A stretch of 63,945 nucleotides of DNA, the filler included, from Atractiella rhizophila (lineage: Eukaryota), in NCBI GenBank assembly GCA_021432655.1. It is 7 parts of 7 records of this genome, joined end to end, with 100 filler letters (N's around TTAATTAATTAA, not from the genome) between each part and the next. Parts side by side here need not be neighbours in the genome. Positions count along the whole stretch, not along the records: positions 1 to 27,449 come from MU271352.1; 6 more parts are not named here. One strand, written 5' to 3'. A model generated the notes under the pieces. The model was not told where the DNA came from and made no database searches. It was given only the letters and a program-made list of their open reading frames with translations. Position 1 is the stretch's first letter, and each line of letters begins with the position of its first letter. Both the position numbers and the translations under genes were made by a program. Shown one piece after another: positions 1-13,249 of this stretch.

Positions 1-846
1 TGTCTTTGGCTTCTAAACACGGTCTAAAAGGAGGACAGCGACGTAAACTGGGAAGTCGACACTTCATTTAATACAACAGCAAATTCTTAACAACGCAGAA
101 GCGTACCATGCGCGTCCCATGTACCCATGGTCACCCTGCTCCACAACTATACGAGCTCACACTTTCTCCTATGACTAAAGGATATCCCCCATCTTCCTGT
201 TTCCTACCTCCGATGTCCTTTTGCGGAATGCAGAATGTGGAGTGCGAGCTTCAAGGCGTACACAAGTGATTGTGTGAGATATCCATGGACGTGTTGTCAG
301 ATGGCAATGTCCTTCGATTCTCTGGAAAAACAATGCGTGTACCCAATGTCACTGTTGATCAAATGACTTCCCGAGCTAAGCGGGAACTGCGGGAAGATGC
401 GGGAAGGCGGCCACCAGCGCGGGTTCCGGAAAGCACACAACGACTTTCCTTGCCACCTTCGCTTCACCGTGACAGCCTTCAGCTCCAGCCTATCGCCACC
501 TCGTGACGGGGCGTTCTCAAAGTTGGCACGAGCTCACCAGAACTGTAGAATTGGTGCCGAACTCCGATAGTCGACTTTGAGCAGGTGACTTAACGCTCCT
601 TGCGCGAATTCGTTTGGCATCGGTTCGTTGTATTTTTACTCAAGTTACTTTCAGCAAAATTGAGCAATACGTTCTTCCCTTCACCACAGAGTCTCGCCTC
701 AATTACTTCGCCAAATTGACTAATTTTCGCAACTGTTCCAGATCACATGATCGAATATTGCGACTCCTTTTCCCGCCTCTCTGGTTTTCTTTTCAACACA
801 TCTCCTCTCTTCAACAACACACGCTTTCTCCTCACCAAATACTGCA

Positions 847-1843
847 ATGACTACAAAACCAAACGCAGCGCTCAAGCCGATGGCGTCCCACATCGACACC
901 TACAGAGCATGTCGAAAGCACCTCATCCAGACTCGCAAGCGGAATGCTGACGTCTCTGTCTTCATCAAGCACTTCACTAATGCTCGACAATCCCTCTTGG
1001 TCGAGGTGATAAAGAGGGGTCGGGCACTTGATACGTTGGGGAACAAGCTTCTGGAGTGCTGCCAACCTGAGGCTGGGAGTGTGGTGGAGCGTCGTAAGAA
1101 CTTGGACAAGTTGAAGGAGTCGTTGCGGAGGAAGAAAGAGATCATGAATTTCCTTGAGCAGAAGGACAAAGACTTGTACAACGGTCCGTTCATGTATCGT
1201 TCCTCGCGTCAATCACACTGAAGCACGGTACAGATCTTATGCAGGACAAGGACGCTTGCGCTCAAGTCGGGAAATATCGTTCGTTTTCTACGCACACCAC
1301 AAGTTTCTGTTAACGGCATTCTCTAGTCGATAATATGGCCCTGTCCGTGATTGAGAAACATTTCCTTACTGCCCCACCAGGAGATGTCGACGACCACGCT
1401 TCGGAGAAGGAACGAGAGCAACCCGGTATCTCTTACGACTCTGTGAAACTTTTTCGAGCGGCAATTCGCGCCGTTGACCTTCTAGACCCGAGAGGGAAAC
1501 GCACCTCTCCATTCCTAGCAAGTCGTAAGTTTCTTTCTTTCGCCGTTCTTGAGCACAGAGGAGGCTGAATAGACAACTTCGGAATAGTCATGCTGGCGCA
1601 TAACGACGACGATATCCTCTGTCTGTTTCCTATCCTCCTCCTCTCATATGTCTCGACTAATTGTGGATCCAAATGTCAGTGGCAGTACAGAAGCACACGA
1701 AGCTGCCTCTCCCCATTCGAGCAAAGAATCCAATCATCACAACTCATCCCAGCGTGTATCAAACCCCTTCGGCTACCCTCTCACCTTCCGGCCCAGTTAG
1801 ACGAAACGTTAGAGGTAGAGCGGGCAAGGAACGCGCCATTTAG
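847..1843 (+). CDS. Hypothetical multi-exon protein (helical/coiled-coil N-terminus)
   Basis: ORFs 847-1221, 1335-1568 and 1661-1843 are separated by short GT...AG segments that look like introns; no recognisable family motif and the full exon chain was not verified. Confidence 0.4.
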
Positions 1844-2176
1844 TTTATCAGTTTTGTCATCCAGAATCTTCAACCCACGAGTCGTGTCCATATTCATCGT
1901 CCGGCGTTTCTTTGTGCCGTCCACTCAAGGCAGTTCGCAAGGTTCTCACATCAAATGTCGTTCAGCAGTGATTATTACTCTTGTACTGAGGGGCATACAC
2001 ATCGTTTGTAACATCTCTACCTTATTGACTTTCCTCAGGCGTCAGATTTTCCTCGTTCATTTTCCAAAATACTTAATTCGCTCTTTCCATCCTGTCGCTG
2101 GATGTTTTTTTCAGTATAGGGATGGGAGACTGTTTCATCTTCACAGAAGACAATATGCATTACTTCTACTTTATAG

Positions 2177-4788
2177 CTAACCAATGACCCACTCGATCCT
2201 CTTCAGTCCAATCACAAAAGCAAAGAATCCAAAGAGTACCGCAGAGACGGTGAGTGGTTTTTTGAGTAAGGCAGTCGTCGAGTATTTGTAAGTAATCTGT
2301 TCAACAATTCTCATCACTACCTGTATGAAGAGGGACGAACAAAAGAAGAACGCACAATGATATCCATTCCATGCTTGTCTGCGCAATTCGTTTTGGTGAT
2401 CACGATTGTAGGACGGCCAGTGGTATCTAGGTAGGTGCGGCGGATCTCATTCGTCGAGATACTTTCAACGGGGAATGGGGTGTGGACCTCGATGTCGCTG
2501 TTGCAAACACGAGTCAGNNNNNNNNNNNNNNNNNNNNNNNNNNNNNNNNNNNNNNNNNNNNNNNNNNNNNNNNNNNNNNNNNNNNNNNNNNNNNNNNNNN
2601 NNNNNNNNNNNNNNNNNNNNNNNNNNNNNNNNNNNNNNGCGGCAACCTGCTCTCGAACTTCATAGTGCTACCCTTTATGCATGACTCGCACGGAAAGGAG
2701 TGGGGACAGTTTCTGCAGCGCGCACCTACCGCGTTCCGATCTTCAGTCTGACCGTCATACCCGATCTCGAAGCTATAATTCCAGCCTCCGAGAACGGGGT
2801 AGCGGGGGAAGATGTCCAATCTGCTGTAACCTTTGTTGTCCTTCATCGAAGGAAAGTTGATGGCTGGCTTGATGGATGGTACAAAGTTGGAAGTGCTGAC
2901 GTTGCCGACGGTATCGATGTAGTATGGGTTTTTGATAGAGGGAGGAAGGACGAAAGAAAGGGATGTGAGGACGTGGGAAAGAGAGGTGGTCCGTTTGAGG
3001 AAGAGTGCGCTTTGATGTGCCAAACGAGAAAAGTGACCTTCAAGTCTGTACTCGACTCTGTCAGGGCAACCTTTACGCGAACTGAAGGGACTGACTTAGG
3101 TCCTGCATTAACGAGCGTCATAGCTTCGCTGACACCAAGGGAGTTACCCCAGTGCGACACTTGCACGATCCTTTCCAGATCCCTAAACACAATCACAGGT
3201 TCCGACGCCTCATAATGCACGCGTCCAATCCACTGTTTGGTCGGCAAGTCGTCTAAATCGCGAAGCGAGAACGAAACAGTGTTGCTTCCGGTGGGGAGCT
3301 TGCTCGTCCATCTCTTCTCATCATCGTTGGTAACGGAGTGCTGGCGAATTCTGGGAGTAGGCGTCTTGACTTTGATGCTCAGTTCTGCAGGAGGCGAGTG
3401 AACGGGTAGACCGAGGTTGAGAGATCCAGTCCAAAGCATGAATTGGGAGGAGTCGGCGGTTTGTGGAAGTGTCGGAGGATGGGGAACCGATGGACGGGTG
3501 TGGAGGAGGGAGAGTGTGATGTGTCGCGGTGTAGATGTCGACGAAGATGGAAGTGAAATAGCGTAGATGTACGAGCGGCTGTTAAACAGATTGGTTAACT
3601 CGCTGGTATCACATACTGTTACGATGCAAAGAAATGATGCCATACAAATGAGGCTATACATGGCGCCTTCTGTATGGGCACCCTCTCCAGGACTTCTGTG
3701 CAGAACAATACATCCATTGAAGCAGGCATGCTATGGCTCTACCATTGTAATCTTCAGTGATTACCTCGTCGCCTTTCAGAGCGACACGGTGAGTTACTTC
3801 TGAGGTAAAGTCACTCTGCATGAAGAGAAGCGAGCATGTGTCGTGAGGCGCCAGAGCAAGTGGATTTTGATTAGACTAGTGCCGGTTTAAGTACAAGAGA
3901 ACATTAAAGGGCAACACAATACAGCTGGATCACTTGCAGTAGTCTCCGTAGTCTCGCCTGTACGCCTCCGTCTCTCTTCTCAGAAAGAGTATATGCCGAC
4001 TGTCACCACATAGGTCACAGAGGGGGGAAGCGAACACGCCAAACTTAGTTAGCAGGTCGCTGCGATTCTAAAGAATACGCAGCAACTTCTGCCTCACATT
4101 CTCCGTATTGGGATTGGAGTCAATATTGCCTTGTCCTTCTGTTTCATGATTGATGGACTTCACGCTCGTCTCCTCTTCGAACAGGAGAGATTTCACTCTC
4201 ACCGCTGTTCAAAGAGTAAGAAGAGGTTTTGGGCTCAAGCAACTAAGCCAGTAATGAGTGGCTTCCTTCTCTTTTCTGCAAGACCGCAATAGATAAGAGT
4301 CTAGGGTTGCACTTGACACACCACGTCTTCGCTCCTACCACATCGGGCAAGGCATTCAGTCCAAAATTGGAACAGCAGTGAGGAAGTCTACTTTATAACT
4401 TCTCACATCTTCACTGGCACGTCTGGTGCATGCTCATCCTTTCCAAGAAAAAACAAACATACCTCTCCTCTTCAAATCCAACCTCTCTAATCCCCGCCAA
4501 CTTCCTAACCCCTCTCTCCTTCTCCCTCCCCTCCCACGCCTCCGCCCACGTCAACCTCTCCCTCTCCTCCTCCGCAATGCCCACAAAAATCTCCACTTCT
4601 CCTCCATATCCCCCCTCTCCATCCGCACTCAGAGTATACACAAACGTATCCTTCGCGAGTGCTCCGCCCAGTTCGAGCACGCGTGAGATGGAGGAAATGC
4701 CGTGAGTTGGTACGTGCGAAGGACGGGAGAAGGGCACCTGAGCGGCCCACGCGAGTGGAAGGAAGAGGGACAGGAGTGGGAGTAACAT
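2177..4788 (-). CDS. OST1: Oligosaccharyltransferase alpha subunit (ribophorin I); spliced, spans an N-gap
   Basis: Signal peptide MLLPLLSLFLPLAWA; motifs RVLELGG, VQVSHWGN, YYIDTVGNVSTSNF, PRYPVLGGWNYSFEIGYD, TYLDTTGRP; C-terminal TM KKPLTVSAVLFGFFAFVIG. First intron 3579-4462 is phase-consistent. Confidence 0.93.
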
Positions 4789-5517
4789 GGTGTGGTTGTC
4801 GATTGTTTTGGCGGGCGACGTGGACAACTCTGCAGGATGCGCAGGAATCCGGCCGTCGGTTCCGAGGATCCATAATTGACGCTTTATTCACGTTTCTTTG
4901 GTACCTGCCTTTTGTCTGCCTTTTTGCATAGCTTCAAGTTGGTATTCACATTCACCGCAAAAGCCTCTAGATTGGCACTTGAAGACTGAAGCGAGTAAGT
5001 TGGACTGCTAGTTGCAACCTCTCCCCCGCTCGTCGCACCTCTCTACCTTGAGACGCGTTCACGCCAAATTTATGTAAAAGAATTTGCCCGTGTTACGTTA
5101 CAAGAGTTGTTATTCTTTTGGTGAGTGAGTTACTTCTTCCTCAGAAGCTTTCTAACCTCCAAGGGGCTGCATGTTCCTCTTACTAGCAGCCATTCAGGCT
5201 CTGCAGTTGGCCATTTGTCGCTTGCAAACGTCTCCGCTGCTTCTCAGTACTCAGTAACCACGCAACTACTGTCAAGCTAGGCAACATGTGAGCGCTTCCT
5301 TCCTCCTTGTTGCTGCACTCTGTGTCCATGTCGACATTCGACGTCATGCATCATATATCTAAATTAGAAGTAGTGAGACTGTTGTCTCTTTGTGTCTTCC
5401 TTTGGACAAGCTGTCCATCGTAACAAAGAATAATTATCGTTATTTCATGTAAAGCATAGGAAGTGTTGCGTTCATGCATATCTAACGTACTCTGAACAGC
5501 TCTGCACCGCCAGCACT

Positions 5518-6787
5518 ATGGCGAGCAACATCCAACGCTTTCTCCTCCTCTTCTTCCTCGTTACACTCCTCTTCATCCTCCGTCGCTTCTTCTTCCTATA
5601 TCCTCCATACTCCACTTCCTCCTACATCCCGACTTCGTCCTCTCCCCATTCGCCCCTCTCAAACTATTCCGATCTCGCCATCCTCACCCTCTCCTCAACC
5701 CTCCTCCGCCTCCACGACGAACTCCCAATAACACTGGACTCGCTGCTCCGACAATCCGTGAGACCGAAAGAGATTCAGGTCTACCTGCCAGAGAAAGAGA
5801 GGACGGAGATTCAGGATATGGAATTACCATGGCAGTTCTACGATGAGCGTGTAAGGATTAAATTTGTGGAGGATCGAGGGCCGGCTACCAAGTTTCTGTA
5901 CGCCTTGAAGGAGGTTATTGATGAGGCGGGACGGGGGAAGGAGTGGTTGTTGGAGCAGGAAGTGGTGGTGGTTGGTACGTCTAATCATTCTTTCTCTTTT
6001 GCTTCCTGTAGTAGCTTGACTTTTTGATCAGACGATGACCATTCTTATTCCCCTGACTTGTTATCGACCCTCTTGGAGGCCAGAAACTCATATCCCGACG
6101 CGGCTTTGGGAATGAGAGGGTGGAGGGTCCGGTTCGTCCCCTCTCCCATTTCCACTTCTTCTGCTCATACATGCTCTCAATTTGGACAGGGACGACCTCC
6201 ATTGGGGCGTACCATTCGACGAAGTGCCGTACCATGTAATCCAATCCTACGCCATCCGAGAAGCGTACAGAGTCTCCGTCCTGACCGCCAACGAAGGTTA
6301 CATGGTGAAACCGCGTTTCTTCCTCTCCTCAGACGTGCTCGAATCCAGAGGTCGCCTACCGAAAGGCACTCCACTCTCCAACTTCTCCCCTCTCTCCCTC
6401 CGAGCAGACAGCGACGCACCCACACTCCACCTCGTAGACGACATATTCATGGCCGGCACCCTCTCCTCTCTCGGCGTCAAACGTTACGTCGTACCCTTGC
6501 CCCCTCGCGCGCTGCCTAACCTCGATATCACCGTCTCGCACACGCTTGAAGAGCACATGGACAACGATGGTGTTTCGAGAGCGGAAGCGAATAATCAGGC
6601 TTTAAAGTTCTTTGAAGGGCCGTGGAGGGTAGAGGGATTGTGGTATAGGTTTATGAGCCAGCAGGGAGGACGGTATCAGCCGAAATGGGTCGGCGTAAGG
6701 GTCAAGTTGAGCAGGTGGTGGGCTACCAAGAGCCATAAGATGTGGCTGAGGAGCGTTTGGGGAAGCAAGATCAAGTTCAATGGCTAA
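5518..6787 (+). CDS. Type II membrane glycosyltransferase-like protein (GT-A fold candidate)
   Basis: N-terminal TM anchor; TLDSLLRQSVRPKEI, EDRGPATKFL, DxD-like VDDDHSY after splicing, VDDIFMAG; introns near 5975-6030 and ~6130-6190. Confidence 0.6.
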
Positions 6788-7040
6788 TGGTTATGGACAT
6801 TAAATCTTGGACGGAAAATATGAACGGACGATGCATCGATGAGCTTCCGCGCGCATGTGGGATGAGGAGATAGAGGGCACGGAGGAAGCTGGGCGAGGAA
6901 AGGGCAGAGCCGCAGACCTGGAAGGTGAGGGTATCATTGGCTTGTAATGCACTGAGAAGTCTATGGATTGCGAATAGTACAACATGCACCTCATCCGTAT
7001 CGTTCCTAAACATCGCGTGAAACGTGAACCAAACTCATAC

Positions 7041-9030
7041 TCATGTCGCATGCGACTTTTTCTCATCATGTTTGCCCTCGTCCTCTGCTTCCCCCCCAAG
7101 CGTGACACTGGTCCGCCTGCTTCCTTCCTTGTCGTCTTCTTTCGTCTCTTCCATCACTTCAACTGCGTCCTCCTTTGTACCATCAACCCACTCCCTCATC
7201 CTTCGCCCGTACCTCAGAACCAGAATGACCATCAAGCAGCCTAACCACCCCAGGCCAGCGGACATCGCATTGGCCGGTCCTACGCCTATGGCTTTGACCA
7301 GAGGAAGGATGGAGGCGCTCGCCGCCGCCGAGAAGATGTATCGGATGCAGTTGTTCGCTGCTATAACCTCGGCACTGTTCTGCTGCATTACCTGTTCACA
7401 AGCAAGCGTCAATTTGATCACGTCGAAAAGCGAAAGGGAAAGTGGGGACGAACGTCGACGCAGTAGGTATTGCATGCTGTCAGAACGAGCATCAAACCGA
7501 TCCCCGTGAGAGCGAGGAGGATGATAGCAGTTGGAATGCCTCCCGTTCCAGTTTGGACGATGAACCCATACGCAATTACACTTCCAGGAAAGAGGATAAT
7601 ACCACCTAAAAGAGCCGCATACAGTCGATCCTCCGGGATGAAGGTTCCCCCACGACGCTTGATGGAGCGTCTGATTACCCAGTCGGATTGGATTCCTGCC
7701 AGCCGTGAACCCACTATGTTGCCCACGCCGGAGGAAAGGAAGAAGAGGCCAAGAATCGCTGGACTTGTGATGTTATAACGCGGACCGATCGTGTAGGTCA
7801 AAGGTACGAGGATGGTGTAGGTTGCAAAGAGAGTGAAGGACGAGTTGAGACTCTGGGTCCGTCCGTCAGGTTCAGCAGATGGTTGCTCGGAGTAACTCAC
7901 AATGAGAAATATGTTTGGATAGCGGAGGAGCCGTAACGGGCGAAAAGGATTGACCCATACGAACCCTCTCCTTCCATCCCGAGTCTCGATGTCCCAAAAG
8001 GCGTACCATTGTTTCCTTCCTTTTCCAGCTTCCACTTTCGTCTCCTTCCTCCCGCCTCTCCTCCGCTCGTACCTTCCAATGGGAAGTCTCAGGCAAAAAC
8101 AAAACAACGAGGATGAATCCTAAGGCACAAGCACCACAAATCAACCACTGCATGTGTCTCCATCCTCCTTCTTGGACCGTCAGTACTCCTGCAATAACTG
8201 GAGCGAGAGCCGGCCCAAGAAGAGCACCTGCGTAAAAAAGCCCCATGGCCCTTCCGCGTTCTGTGGGACGATAGATGTCTCCTATTGTCCCAGCGCCGAT
8301 CGAGAGGACGGAGGAAGAACCGATGCCTTGAATAATTCTGGTGACGATGAGAGAAGCCACAGAGTCGCAGAGCGCGACACCGAAGGAACCCAAGGACGCA
8401 AAGTGGCAGGGAGGCAAGGTAAATGGGAAGTCTACCGTCTATTCAGCTGCCGTTAGTTCACGCGTATTAGAAAGAGATAGTAAGCACACAAAGCTGCCCC
8501 CATGCTGCCCATCCCAGAGGAGCAATTCCTATTGTTACAAGAAATATTGCGACAGTGTAGTTTATGAGCTCGGGTGAAGCATTGAGGTCTTTTGACATCT
8601 GCGGTATGGACGGGAGGAAAGAAGAAGAGGCGAGCGCTGAACTGGATCGGTAAGAGCCTGGTCGGTTACAAGAAAGAAAGGGCTTACGAGCTAACAGCCC
8701 GCAATAAGCCACAATGAATATGATGATCCCTTTCCGACGAGGCGACAGCCGGTCGTAGATGGGATCCGTTAGAGGGTCGTACTTCTCATTCACTTTTTCC
8801 AGCTTCGGCTCCTCGTCTTTGGTATCTAAGTCGTGCAAGTCTCCAACAGTCCTCACATCGTCTGCAAGCCCTCGTTGTCTTTCCAAATCGACGCTTGGGC
8901 GGGCTGAGGGTATACGAGAGGGTGGAAGTGGATCAGGGCTCAGCACAGAACCTGGAGAGACTGGTGTCTTATATGGCGGCGTGGGCTGTGACAGTGGTGC
9001 AGTAGATGTAGAGGCAACAGGGGATGCCAT
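7041..9030 (-). CDS. MFS transporter, DHA1 (drug:H+ antiporter) family
   Basis: RIIQGIGSSSVLSIGAGTIGDIYRPTERGRAMG, GPALAPVIAG, FLPETSH, PEDRL, NTYCVD motifs across spliced ORFs; many hydrophobic segments. Confidence 0.92.
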
Positions 9031-9466
9031 TTTTCGGGAAGTGACGCTGCGAAAAAACAACAGCAACCAACAAATCAATCCTTCAAGTTTATAGAACCAA
9101 AGATGACTTTTGAGCTTTGAAAGATACGCAGGGCAGCAAAATGGAAAGAAGCAGACCTTTTTGAAGGTAACTCATCGGCATGAGCGGCGTGAAAGGTGTG
9201 CCGGCTTGCCAGCCGGCACTCGTGCTCGTGATTCAGCCTTTTCCTATTTTTTTTTGCTTTGTAGAGGAGGAGGCATGGCATGTGCCTCGTCTCGTTAACG
9301 ACAGATGATGGAGGCAGAGGGTTGAGATTGGAGAAGAGAACACGATGCTCCAACTTGCAAGGCGTGATGATTTGTCTAAAGTAATCGTAGTCGGAAGTAG
9401 CTGCAAAGGCAAATGCTCACATCAAACTGTTGATACATTCCACATTCTACTAACGATCCGGTAGAC

Positions 9467-10038
9467 CTAATTGTTACGCCTTTCTCTCTTCACAGCCTCG
9501 ATAATTCTCTTAGTGACTTCAGTTGTCCCTAAACCTCCCCCAAGATCTTTGGTGAGAAATCCCTTCTCACACACTTCCTCTACTGCCGCGAATAGCTGTG
9601 AATAATTGTCGTCATGATCTGGTTCAAACGGGTTTGGTTGGAGTACGTACCCTATCTGCTCCTCTTTCTTCGCCAATGAATCTGAGCATTTCCGAGGCAC
9701 ACCAGAAGGTAGCGACGGGGTTGGCCAGGTTTTTTCCTGTCACATCAGAAGCTTAGCCTCCCTCTCTTAGAAGATAGTTTAGGAGATAGAATTGCATACC
9801 AACGATGTCAAAAGCGGCGCCATGGACCGGCTCAAACATGGAAGGGTTCTTCCGCGTGGGATCCAAGTTCGCTGACGTTGCGATCCCAATGGACCCTGCT
9901 AAACCTGCCGCGAGATCAGAGAGAATGTCTCCATGCAGATTCGTTGCGATGATTGTATCTAGAGATTGTGGACTGGCGACCATCCGACACTGCAAGTGCA
10001 AGCAGTGAGCCATGAGATGGAACTAGATGTTGAGTTCC

Positions 10039-10084
<46 letters not shown>

Positions 10085-11075
10085 CTTCACACCTTTCGCT
10101 TCATATTCCTTACCAACCTCAGCAGCAATTTCGTCCCAAAGAACCATCCCGTTCCTTTGCGCATTGCTCTTCGTCACCACCGTCACAAATTTCTTCGGCC
10201 TCGTGAGAGCAAGCTCAAATCCGAACCGCATAATACGTTCAATACCGATGCGAGTGAAGATGGAAAGCTCAGTCCCGACCTCGTACGGCGTTCCAACGTG
10301 GGAGCGTCCACCTTGACCTGCATACTCTCCTATTGCCCATATCCACAATGAGGCCCGATTGCAGAATGAGAGAGAGAAATGTTGCCTTCACAGTTCTCTC
10401 GTATGATTACCCAATCCAAGTCCCCCGGTTTCGTGTTCGCAAGAGGAGAAGTAACGCCTTTGAAAATTTTGGTCGGTCTGACGTTGGCGTATTGTTGAAA
10501 TGTTTGACGGATGGGAAGGATGAGCGACCAGAGGGAAATATGATCCGGAACATCTGGTCGAGTCAAGGTAAGCCAGAGTGAGGAATCCAGAAGCAGTACA
10601 AGTTGACTGAAAAGTATTCAAATTGACGAACAGTGAGTTGCAATGGTTTCAGAGGGAAAGCACTTCAGCATCGGCTCTCAACGCAATGCTGCTTCAGAAA
10701 TGGTGAGAGAAGAAACAGCTGCGTGCGAAACAATGTTAATTTTTCGCAGCATTGTCACTTAAATGGTAATTAATTATTTCGTGGGGTGGGAATGGTGTGA
10801 AGATATCCCCACCCCTGCAAGGCAAATCTGTGCGTACCTCTCGCTCCAACAGCACCAAAGAAAATAGCCTCATATTTTCTAAGCTCATCAAGTCCTCCTT
10901 CGGGAATGTAATATCCTCTCTTCTTATAATTCTCAGAGGTCCAATCAAACTCTTTCCACTCAAAAGAAAATCCCTCGACTGCAGCAACTGCTTCTAACAC
11001 CTCAATCCCGGCACTGATAACTTCTGGGCCAATCCCATCTCCAGGTATAGAAGCGATGCGATGTACTCGAGACAT
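9467..11075 (-). CDS. Tartrate dehydrogenase/decarboxylase (D-malate dehydrogenase; isocitrate/isopropylmalate DH family)
   Basis: IASIPGDGIGPEV, VPDHISLW, RENCEGEYAGQGGRSH, KSNAQRNGMVLWD, NLHGDILSDLAA, FEPVHGAAFDI, TKDLGG. A 40-nt homopolymer at 10040-10079 disrupts one exon end. Confidence 0.9.
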
Positions 11076-11343
11076 ATTGGTGCTGATTTGTGCGTGAGGA
11101 GAATGAGATGGCCAAGGTCGATCGTCGCAATGATTGATCGAAACCCGATTATCAATGAGTTGTGGAGATACATTGCGCTTTCGCGCGTCTTTCTGCGCCA
11201 GCTGAACCATGTGTGACCTTTTTTGAGGGGATTGAGACGCGGTATACTAGGATAGAGCATAGCTCAAGTGCTCAAGCGCTCAAGTATAACGGCAGCTCCA
11301 GTAAAGATCGTGTTGTGGCACCATGCAATTCGAATTTCACAGT

Positions 11344-12506
11344 TCACTCAAAGATTTTATCAACCACCTCTTTATTAGCGGCCAGAGTCTGGGCAAAGCT
11401 CCTTGTGGGCGTAGTGAGGATCTTGTTACTTTCGGCGAGATCCGTTCCCCCATAGTCTATGAAGTTGCATCAGTGATCGATTTCATGAGAATAGTCAAAA
11501 AACAGACATCCGACCTCCCTAATGGCTCGAAACGTGGCGACAAGGTTCGTTGCTAGCGCTACGTTCTGATGACTATTGACGATGCCAAATAACTCTTCGT
11601 CTGGCATTCTCTGGTAAACCACTTTCTTTCCCGAAGCTGTCATAAGGCCTAAGCCGTTAACTTTGGACTTAGCAATAAGAAGGTACCTTTCGCAAACGCT
11701 TCTGCTACTTGTGCCGGCGTAGTGTATCCTGGAGCGGCGAACACCTGGGTGACTCCATTCTCAACAGCGGCAACGACATATTTTCCATAGTCCTCTGGGG
11801 CGTCGATGACTGGAAAAGGCGTGTCCGGATCGAGGGTGAAAGAAAGCAGATAGGAGCCATCGTCTTGCTTGCGAGGGACGAACCAGGAGAAGTGATTGCT
11901 GGCGTAGCTACCAGGTTGCACATCGAGGACCGTCATTCCTGGGATCGATCTAGCGTAGTCCGTCACTTCTGCTTTAGCATCGAAGCTGGGTCTCCATCGT
12001 CAGCTTGGGGATCGAAAGAGGAACAGTAAGAAACTCATACTGATCGACTTTCACGGTTCCTTTTGTGAGCTCTCCTAGGTTAGTGAGGCCGGACCAAACG
12101 AAAGTCTTCACGCCTTCGGCTTTGGCACCGTCCACCTGAGCTTTGCCTTCCGCAAAGTGCTTTAGGAGCGGTAAGTCACGAGGACGCGCGATGATTCGAA
12201 ATTCTACTTTACCTTCTCACGGAAATTTTCGACATCATAACTTGCCAGGGGGGCAACTGCGAAGACGAAATTTGCGCCTACAAAAGCCTTTCTTGCTCCT
12301 TCAAGCGTTCCAATATCAGAGGCGATAATTTCGCATCCCTTTGCAGCTAGGGCTTTGGCAGACTCTTTAGAAGGGTCACGAGTAATGGCTCTGACGCGGT
12401 AGACCGTGGGAGATTGAGCGAGAGCCTTGATCACTGAGCCTCCTTGCATTCCGGTCGAACCGACGACCGCGAAAAGTGGGGCGGATGGATCCTTGCTGAT
12501 TGTCAT
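11344..12506 (-). CDS. NmrA-like NAD(P)-binding protein
   Basis: Rossmann motif AVVGSTGMQGGSV, VRAITRDPSK, AKAEGVKTFVWSGL, DYGKYV; short introns. Confidence 0.9.
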
Positions 12507-13208
12507 ATCGAAGAGGAGTAATCCGGTCAGGGTTTCGAGTGGCTGTAAACTATTTTGGATGTTATTGTTGAGGGTGTAAATCGCTCGTCTGTCTTTTATG
12601 CAGGTTGGCAACTACTCGCCGCCGAAGGAGCTGACAGGCTTACAAGTCAAGTCGGAGGTCACTGTCGGAGGTCATTGTGGCTGGCGGCCCCAGACACAGA
12701 CTGCTGAACGAAGCGAAAGCTCGGGATGGACCGGTGAGGCTGGCATATTTCGAGGAGATGGATGAAGTCCGTATTCGGAGATGAAAGATGAAAGGGAACT
12801 TCTTTTCATTTTTCTTCCACAAACAAAACTGCAGCGGTGGTTCTAGCCAGATTGGCTTCACAGCATCACGTAAGTGGCACCGCTAGGTCTCTTGGTTTCC
12901 TGCCAATCTCTCCGAAGAGAAAGATGAGCAGGCGCATTGGCCAACCGTCAAAGAATGCAGACACAAATCAAGCCCCGAAAGCTCCTTGTCAAAGACCGTT
13001 GCTTCGACCTGAACAGGAGAATTCAATATCCAGGTTTGTTCTTCCCAATCGCCTTGCCGACTCGGATGTGGAAGCGTATGCAGGTGAATTGGAAAGCTGG
13101 GATGGTCGGGTCTCGGTAATTGTGCCACCGACTCCAGATTAGCACAGAATCAATCTGGTCCGCCAAACCAAACAGAGAGAGAGACACGTGTCGATTTTTG
13201 AGATTACC

Positions 13209-13249
13209 CAAGGGGGGGCCAGAGATGAAATTTTGGGGTATAAAGCCCC
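13209..13249 (+). repeat. Left terminal inverted repeat of the P-like element
   Basis: caagggggggccagagatgaaattttggggtataaagcccc versus right-end reverse complement caagggggggccagaggtgtaatttcaaggtagaaacccc. Confidence 0.9.
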
